A stretch of 64,000 nucleotides of DNA from positions 1,488,001 through 1,552,000 of the forward strand of contig CP089279.1 in the NCBI GenBank assembly GCA_023920165.1, written 5' to 3'. How positions within the stretch are numbered: position 1 is the stretch's first letter; every line of letters begins with the position of its first letter. This DNA is from Curvularia clavata (lineage: Eukaryota). The translations under genes and the position numbers were made by a program. Under the pieces are notes generated by a model, which was given only the letters and a program-made list of their open reading frames with translations, was not told where the DNA came from and ran no database searches. Shown here piece by piece: positions 61,238 through 64,000 of this stretch.

Positions 61238-63320
61238 CTATGTATCAAAACACTGACAATCCCCCACGTTACCACCAATCCGCCATCGACTCACCAATGA
61301 CGGACACTTCCACGCCAGATCCGCACTCGAGCACTGAAACAACATACTCCACAGTCGCTCAACCGTGTACCCGAAATCCGGGGCACTTAGCTCGTCTGGC
61401 CGGCCGTGCAAGAACTTGTCTTGGTGCGCCCAGCTTTTGTCGTCAACAAGCGCCTGCCAGATGCCTTGGTAAATGCCCCTATCGATGCCGCGTATGCGCG
61501 CAGCCGAAGCAGCAAATTGGCCTTTGTAACTGAGAAGGACGTACGAGCACAAACTACTACTGCCGTAGACCTGCTGGTAGGTTTGCGGGATAAGGTGCAT
61601 TTCGTCTGTCCAGAAGAGCCGGTCGCTGCATGTATTGCAGTTGCACACTGTGCCGACCCAGCCGAGATCTAGATACCCCGTGCGTCCGCGAATGTAGTAG
61701 TTGTTGATCCTTGTATAGAACTCGCGTGGATTGTGGATCTCGGCTTGGAGGAAGATGGTTTGTTGCGCTAGGCTATCCCAGCGGTTGAGAATGTGGTTGA
61801 GATAGGTTTCGCCTTCTCGTCCAATGTTCGGTAGAGTGATGACTTGATTGGCTTGGATTTGTGATTTGATGCGATCGTTGTCGGCCCCATTGTCCTTGAG
61901 GTAGATGGTGATGTATGCATCAGAGAAAGCAGGCATGCTCTTGAGGTTACGAATTAGCTTCGCTACGCCCTCGATAGGCTCCTTGTACATGCTGACTACA
62001 ATCTCAACAGGCATGGATGCCACGTAGGTCTGATCAAGAGAGGCTGGCCTGTACGGTTCTTGTCTCTCAGTGAAATTCAAAACACCATAAGTTATCCATA
62101 GTGAGGCAATGCCAACACCAGCCACGTATTTCCAAAATGGCTTGACTTGTCTGTTCACTGGCCACGAAGACGACCTCATACGTCCATGCATGCTTTGAGC
62201 AAGCCGGGTATTGGGCAGCCCTGCATGAGGCATACGAGCGCATGGCCAGCTGCTAATGCACATTATTGCAAGCCAAAAACAGCAGATCTGGTACACATTT
62301 GTGTACGAACGGCGAGTCAAGAGTGTAGAATAGCATCCTGCAAGGCCCGTGAAAACAGCAATAGTCACAGCGTCACAGATGCGATGTACCCGATCATCAA
62401 GAGAATGAAAGGGCGCAGTGACTACCCCGTCGTCCATGGGAAGCACTGCCGACTTTCCCAGCTGTATCGCCATAGCGGTGGACAAGGCGTTCAGACCAAG
62501 CAAGAACCCGTTTCCGGCTTCAAAAGCGAAAATGCGACCGTTCATGCCAAAGACCAGTGCAGACACTACGCCTACTAGCGCTCCTACCATAACTTGCAGG
62601 CTTGCCTGATTCACATTGGCTGTGAGTACATCTGGATGATGTATAACGGCAGTCTTCCAGAGACCTCGAGCGACACCTGCAAACAGCATGGCCAAGATGG
62701 ACATTACCAGGCCTGGTACATTGAGTCGATACTCTGCTATTAAGATTCCAGCGCCCGCAAGTATCACTAGACATGTGCGTGACATGTCGGCGTAAGTGGC
62801 AGACGCGACGCGGAAAATATTAAGGAATAAGTCTTCAGCACACACGGTGATGAGCTATTTGGTGTCAGTCTTGCTTGGTCATGTTTGAAGCAGGCACAGT
62901 TATAACTCTTACAGTAATCATGACCAAGACAGGGAGATTATAGAAATGCAAGACTGCCTGCAGGAAGCATATCGTAGAAACATACATGAAGCACACGGAT
63001 GCCGTGACAAGCGCCGTTCCTCTTGTCATTGATCTCCACGGCCGCAGTTTTCGACGAAACGGCCTTTGGATATGTCCCCACCCCAGACATGGCCGCAATG
63101 CCATGAAGCCGGTGACGGCAAGCTGGTTGAAATAGAGTCGCTGCGGGTAGTGTACATTGCGCTCTATTACCAGATGCCTCGCGCTAAGCAGCGAGATGCA
63201 CGCGCAAACCGTCCATAGTAGCTGTTTTTGGATACGAGCAGCATCATATGTGACGCTAAGCCGCCCGCTCATCGACTCGGCGCGAGCCTTCCTGATATAG
63301 GCGTCTGGCAATGTATTCAT
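61238..63320 (-). CDS. Multi-pass membrane protein (nucleotide-sugar/triose-phosphate transporter-like region) fused to a C-terminal DUF3431-like domain
   Basis: Exons ~63320-62913 and 62854-61238, joined in frame by intron 62855-62912. About 9-10 hydrophobic helices, then EIVVSMYKE, LPNIGREGETYLNHILNRWDSLAQQTIFLQAE, GQFAAS..RIR, GYTVERLW. Start codon uncertain. Confidence 0.8.
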
Positions 63321-64000
63321 TGTGGGGAGGAGCACATTCGCCGGCGAACGAAAGGGGAGCGATGGCTGCAAGGAGGCACGGTTGCGGCGTCGTGGACAAT
63401 CATTCGAGATGTGGCTTCAACGATCGGCTTGGGGTGTTCAGCGCATCGGTCTGGTGAGCAGTGGCGTGTCGTAGGGCTGAGACGAATACGCGTGACGCGA
63501 TATCAATGCAGGGTCGACGATACAACAGGCGGCTTGGACGTGACGGTGCATCGCGTTCATCTTGCTTTGAGCACTGCACGCGTGCTTTTCCTGCATGCTT
63601 GATTCAATCTGGCGAACTAGGCTGCCCCACTCACAATTAAGCTATGAACCGTGCATACCCCGCCAACAGCATCGAACCGTAATGCGGTACCATACAAACG
63701 TAACCATATGAGTCGTGAGTATCACGATGAGATAACGTGGAGAACCAAGAATTGAGAAAAGGGAGCAAACGCATTTCCTCGTCGAACCCAAATAAGAATA
63801 AACCATTATACAAAACGAGCATACCATATATGTCTATCTAAACACCCTGCACTTTGCGATAACTAGGCGGCTTCAACGTCCTTCCCAGCAGCTTGACCGC
63901 ATATGGCGGCACTAAACTGATCGCCGCAATGACTGCAAATTTCCACCAAAATGCTATGCTGCTCACATATGCAAGATCAAAGTACTCGTCCAAAAACGGC

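Overview
Eukaryotic genomic DNA from a filamentous ascomycete (Dothideomycete/Pleosporales-like by my reading; short GT-AG introns with CTRAC branch points). I can support 24 protein-coding genes, mostly spliced, so the ORF track shows only fragments. In order: XIP-type aquaporin (5' truncated), RPS7, GST, a PIN/NYN-like + triple-CCCH protein, a PhzS-like FAD monooxygenase, class I glycerate kinase, a DHA1 MFS transporter, an orphan membrane coiled-coil protein, a carboxylesterase, a GlcG/HbpS protein, secreted BYS1 and CAP proteins, an RPS29 (uS14) gene, SIP3/LAM1, KRI1, RAD23, two hypothetical proteins, ESS2, eIF6, a Ser-rich membrane protein, RCE1, TRM9 and a transporter-like/DUF3431 fusion. 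I found no convincing rRNA, tRNA, transposon or CRISPR feature. The standout is the three-exon RPS29 gene (29998-30445), visible only after splicing. It encodes a uS14 that has lost three of four zinc-ligand cysteines (CVVTG...MSRQAFRE), mirroring bacterial zinc-free 'C-minus' S14. It also has weak codon bias and clustered ZafA/Zap1-type CARGGT motifs upstream. Together these suggest a fungal zinc-sparing ribosomal-protein swap analogous to the bacterial Zur system. All family calls are from motif recognition, not database searches.
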